Below are positions 9,412 through 12,121 of a DNA stretch of 12,121 nucleotides, piece by piece. The DNA is taken from positions 1-12,121 of the forward strand of contig JADCJN010000193.1 in the NCBI GenBank assembly GCA_020247005.1. The letters run 5' to 3'. How positions within the stretch are numbered: position 1 is the first letter of the stretch; every line of letters starts with the position of its first letter. The notes under the pieces were generated by a model. That model searched no databases and was not told the origin of the DNA. It saw only the letters and a program-made list of their open reading frames with translations. A program made the translations under genes and the position numbers. The stretch is from Silvanigrellales bacterium (GTDB taxonomy: Bacteria; Bdellovibrionota_B; Oligoflexia; Silvanigrellales; Silvanigrellaceae).

Positions 9412-10539
9412 ATGAGCTTGTGGAACAAGGTCAAAGCAGAATTCATCGACATCATTGAATGGACGCAACCCGACGCGTCGACTGTCTTGGCCTACCGCTT
9501 TCCTCGCTATCAAAATGAAATCAAGATGGGTGCGAAGCTCACGGTGCGCGAGGGACAGGCTGCTGTGTTCGTGAACGAGGGTAAAATAGCCGACGTTTTC
9601 GCACCAGGAATGCACACGCTGTCGACTCAAAATCTTCCCGTTCTTTCGACTCTCCGTGGTTGGAAATATGGCTTTGACTCGCCTTTCAAAGCTGAGGTTT
9701 ACTTCGTTTCCACCAAAGAACAGACGGGGCACAAGTGGGGCACTTCGAATCCGCTCATTAAGCGTGACCCTGACTTTGGCATTGTCCGCATGCGGGCGTT
9801 TGGAAGCTACACCTTCAAGGTGGTCGACCCCGCGAAATTTCTGCGTGAGCTGGTGGCCACCGACCCGCAATTTGACGACTTCGAGATAGACACTCAATTG
9901 CGGCAAGTCATTTTGGCAGAGTTTGCGCAGGTGTTGGGAACCACACAAGCTCCCCTCCTCGACCTCCTTGCGAGTTACCAAATTCTCGCCGATTTCGTGA
10001 AGGAAGCCATTCGCGACGATTTCGAAAGCTGGGGCTTAGAGATCCGGAAATTCTTTGTCGAAAACGTGAGTGTTCCGAAGGAAGTCGAAACGGCCATCGA
10101 CAAGCGTTCGTCCATGGGTGCTGTGGGCGACCTTTCAAAGTACATGAGGTACCAAACGGCAGAGGCCGTGCGCGAAGCGGTGCAGGGTGGCGATGGTTCG
10201 GGCACAGCTCAGCTCGGTGCTGGTTTCGGCGTGGGTCTCACCATGGCGCAGGCCCTGTCGCAAAGCTTTGGAGCGAGCGCTCAAGCAACGGCGAATTCCC
10301 CTGTGCAGGGTGAAGTCCCTCCCCCACTGCCCAGTGGTTCCTTGTTTCACGTCGCACTTCAAGGCAAACCGCAAGGCCCGTTTGCGGTGAAAGACGTTTC
10401 TCATCTCATTGCAAGCGGACAAGTGACGGCCGAAACACTGGTGTGGAAGAGTGGGCTCGCCGCTTGGGAACCCGCTGCAAAACAGCCTGAGCTCGCGGGC
10501 TTTTTCGCCAACCAGCCTCCCCCCTTGCCAGGGCAATAA
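9412..10539 (+). CDS. SPFH/Band 7 family protein (Band_7_1-type, YdjI-like) with C-terminal GYF-like domain (DUF4339/GYF_2) flanked by PPPLP motifs
   Basis: The N-terminus MSLWNKVKAEFIDIIEWTQPD...FPRYQNEIKMGAKLTVREGQAAVFVNEG is characteristic of the Band_7_1 SPFH family. After a Gly/Ala/Ser-rich linker the C-terminus reads LFHVALQGKPQGPFAVKDVSHLIASGQVTAETLVWKSGLAAWEPAAKQPEL, a DUF4339/GYF_2 signature. This domain is bracketed by PPPLPSG and PPPLPGQ. The preferred start is ATG 9412, with GGGAG 5 nt upstream. The track start at 9355 lies inside the predicted promoter/operator. Confidence 0.75.
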   Translation: MSLWNKVKAEFIDIIEWTQPDASTVLAYRFPRYQNEIKMGAKLTVREGQAAVFVNEGKIADVFAPGMHTLSTQNLPVLSTLRGWKYGFDSPFKAEVYFVSTKEQTGHKWGTSNPLIKRDPDFGIVRMRAFGSYTFKVVDPAKFLRELVATDPQFDDFEIDTQLRQVILAEFAQVLGTTQAPLLDLLASYQILADFVKEAIRDDFESWGLEIRKFFVENVSVPKEVETAIDKRSSMGAVGDLSKYMRYQTAEAVREAVQGGDGSGTAQLGAGFGVGLTMAQALSQSFGASAQATANSPVQGEVPPPLPSGSLFHVALQGKPQGPFAVKDVSHLIASGQVTAETLVWKSGLAAWEPAAKQPELAGFFANQPPPLPGQ

Positions 10540-10542
10540 AGA

Positions 10543-11196
10543 GTGAAAGGGCACGCGACAAACCTAAGTGTGGGAAACTGCCCCCAATGCGCGGGTCCTC
10601 TGGACTTCAAGTTGAAGTCCAGTGTGCAGTGTGTTTGCCCTTATTGTGGTTCGCTCGTGGCGCGAGAAGGCGATTCCCTGCGCAATTTCGGCGTGTGCGC
10701 CGATGTCTTGGCAAGTGTTTCGCCCTTGCGCCTTGGCACCATGGGAATCCACCACCAGCGGTCGTTCGAAGTTATTGGGCGAAGGCAAATCACTTGGGAG
10801 CATGGGTTTTGGGAAGAGTGGCACGTGGCGTTCGGCAAATCGGAAAACGGATGGTTGACCGACGCGCAGGGGTGTTACGCCTTTCTGAGGCCCACCCTAA
10901 CACCACCTCAGAATGTTTCGCGCGATGTGAAAAGAGGCCATCGCTTTTCGTTTTCAGGCAAGTCGTTTGAAGTGGTGGATGTGAAGAAAGCTCGGGTTTC
11001 GGCCGTGGAAGGAGAGTTGCCGAGCGTAACGCCTCTTGGTCGCCCGTTTGTCTCCATCGACTGCGTCGATGCGAAAGCTCACTTGTGTACTGTTGAGTTT
11101 GCGGAATCCGAAAGAGTCTGTTCCTTAGGCGCCTATGTTCTGCCTTCAGGTCTTGAGTTGCGTTTCACGCGCGAGGACTGCAATGAGTGGCGATAG
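10543..11196 (+). CDS. Zinc-ribbon + DUF4178-like protein (soluble paralog; YdjG/YdjH-like)
   Basis: N-terminal Cys4-type ribbon CPQCAG...(13)...CVCPYCGS. The core LGTMGIHHQRSFEVIGRRQITWEHGFWEEWHV and later FSGKSFEVVDVKKARVSAVEGE align position-for-position with the downstream paralog (LGT...G...W.EE; SF...D...A...AV.GE). The GTG start at 10543 lies 3 nt after the SPFH stop. An alternative GTG at 10570 would give the typical M-G-N-CPxC N-terminus. No clear Shine-Dalgarno for either start. Confidence 0.6.
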   Translation: MKGHATNLSVGNCPQCAGPLDFKLKSSVQCVCPYCGSLVAREGDSLRNFGVCADVLASVSPLRLGTMGIHHQRSFEVIGRRQITWEHGFWEEWHVAFGKSENGWLTDAQGCYAFLRPTLTPPQNVSRDVKRGHRFSFSGKSFEVVDVKKARVSAVEGELPSVTPLGRPFVSIDCVDAKAHLCTVEFAESERVCSLGAYVLPSGLELRFTREDCNEWR

Positions 11197-12118
11197 GGCG
11201 ACGCCGCAGTTTCCGCGACGTCTCGCTTTTGACGCACTCAACTGCCCGTCGTGCGGAGGCCGGGTTGATGTTCGTGCGGCTGGTCATTCCCTCTCGGTGG
11301 TATGCGGACATTGCGGCAGTGTGATCGACACGGCTTTCACTCGCGAGGTCCTTGGGAAAGTTGCCCTCGAAAAAGACTGGAATCCTTGCATCGCATTGGG
11401 CACCGACGTTCGCCTGGAAGGTCGCAAGTGGCGCGCTGTGGGGGCAGCGCGCCGCTCCCTGGCCGACAACACCTACTCGTGGGAAGAAATTCTGCTTCAC
11501 AATCCTTTCCAAGGTTTTCTTTGGATTGTGTTCAATGGCGGCTATTTTTACGCCGGAAAAAGAGTCAATGCCTTGCCAGAGGGTTTGGCCCCAGTGCTTT
11601 CTTCGCCCCGAAACCCACGTTTTGAAGGCTTGAGCTTTCAGTATTACGACGACTGCAAGGCTGTTTACGATGCGGTAAGAGGTGAGTTCTTTTGGCAGGT
11701 GCGGACGGGCGAGCCTGTCGACATGGCCGATTACGTGCTTGATGGCGACAGGTCGCTCCTGCTTTCTGTGGAGCGGGAAGCGGACGAGCAAAACTGCACG
11801 CTGCTTTTTTGGATTCCCCGGGCGGAAATTGCTCCCTATTTGAATCCCCAGTGCACGCTTGCGTTTCCCAGCGAGGCGTCTCCACTGAAAGTGACTTCGG
11901 AAAGTGGAGGCGAGTCGACCGTGAGCCGCGGTTTTGTTGTGGCCTGTTCTGTGGCTGCCGCCTTCAGCATTCTCGTTTTTCGGAACATGACCGCAGTGGT
12001 GAACACGATGATTTATTGCGGAGTCCTTTGGGGCGTATTCTTGTTTCGCCAAGAAAATTCAGAAGCCACAAAGACGCAGAGGGCAAAGGCCAGGGCTCTC
12101 TTCTGGAAGATGAAGTGA
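11183..12118 (+). CDS. Zinc-ribbon + DUF4178-like protein, membrane-anchored paralog (two C-terminal hydrophobic helices)
   Basis: CPSCGG...(14)...CGHCGS ribbon. The core LGTDVRLEGRKWRAVGAARRSLADNTYSWEEILLHN and FEGLSFQYYDDCKAVYDAVRGEFFW is paralogous to the upstream gene. The C-terminal hydrophobic segments are FVVACSVAAAFSILVF and AVVNTMIYCGVLWGVFLF. The preferred start is ATG 11183, with GAGG 6 nt upstream, overlapping the upstream gene by 14 nt. The track start at 11135 lies further inside the upstream gene. Confidence 0.6.
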   Translation: MSGDRATPQFPRRLAFDALNCPSCGGRVDVRAAGHSLSVVCGHCGSVIDTAFTREVLGKVALEKDWNPCIALGTDVRLEGRKWRAVGAARRSLADNTYSWEEILLHNPFQGFLWIVFNGGYFYAGKRVNALPEGLAPVLSSPRNPRFEGLSFQYYDDCKAVYDAVRGEFFWQVRTGEPVDMADYVLDGDRSLLLSVEREADEQNCTLLFWIPRAEIAPYLNPQCTLAFPSEASPLKVTSESGGESTVSRGFVVACSVAAAFSILVFRNMTAVVNTMIYCGVLWGVFLFRQENSEATKTQRAKARALFWKMK

Positions 12119-12121
12119 GGA

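Overview
The window is about 56% GC, with local stretches between 45% and 75%, and carries nine genes. I see no rRNA, tRNA, CRISPR array, transposase, integrase or long repeat. The lipid A modifying EptA-type enzyme at 6539-8326 suggests a diderm host.

1. **nrfH-nrfA (370-2363, + strand).** A two-gene cytochrome c nitrite reductase operon (respiratory nitrite ammonification). It sits behind a roughly 370-bp non-coding leader.
2. **Secreted FAD-linked oxidase (2379-4016, - strand).** Convergent with nrfA. It belongs to the aldonolactone/gulonolactone oxidase family and ends in an unusual six-cysteine C-terminal tail.
3. **Divergent intergenic region (4017-4232).** 216 bp between the oxidase and katG.
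4. **katG-to-DUF4178 gene string (4233-12118, + strand).** Six genes in one direction:
   - catalase-peroxidase KatG;
   - an EptA/MCR-family phosphoethanolamine transferase whose stop overlaps the next start (TAATG);
   - a tandem-domain SRPBCC/AHSA1 protein;
   - a module behind its own promoter-like signal: an SPFH (Band_7_1-type) protein with a C-terminal GYF-like (DUF4339) domain, followed by two overlapping paralogous zinc-ribbon/DUF4178 proteins.

The last module resembles the Bacillus ydjGHI genes, which sit beside pspA in that organism. No PspA/Vipp1 gene is present in this window. Its function is largely uncharacterised, and I rank it the most interesting feature here.

Secondary points of interest are:
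- the H2O2-producing oxidase paired divergently with H2O2-scavenging KatG;
- a CXXCH (not CXXCK) active-site heme motif in NrfA, with no dedicated lyase genes downstream;
- a Ser-for-Thr nucleophile variant in the Ept enzyme;
- several short palindromes in promoter regions.

Coordinates for short hand-indexed motifs are approximate (±1-2 nt). One line of the printed sequence near 9240-9300 disagrees with the ORF track by compensating 1-nt indels, so I followed the ORF track there.
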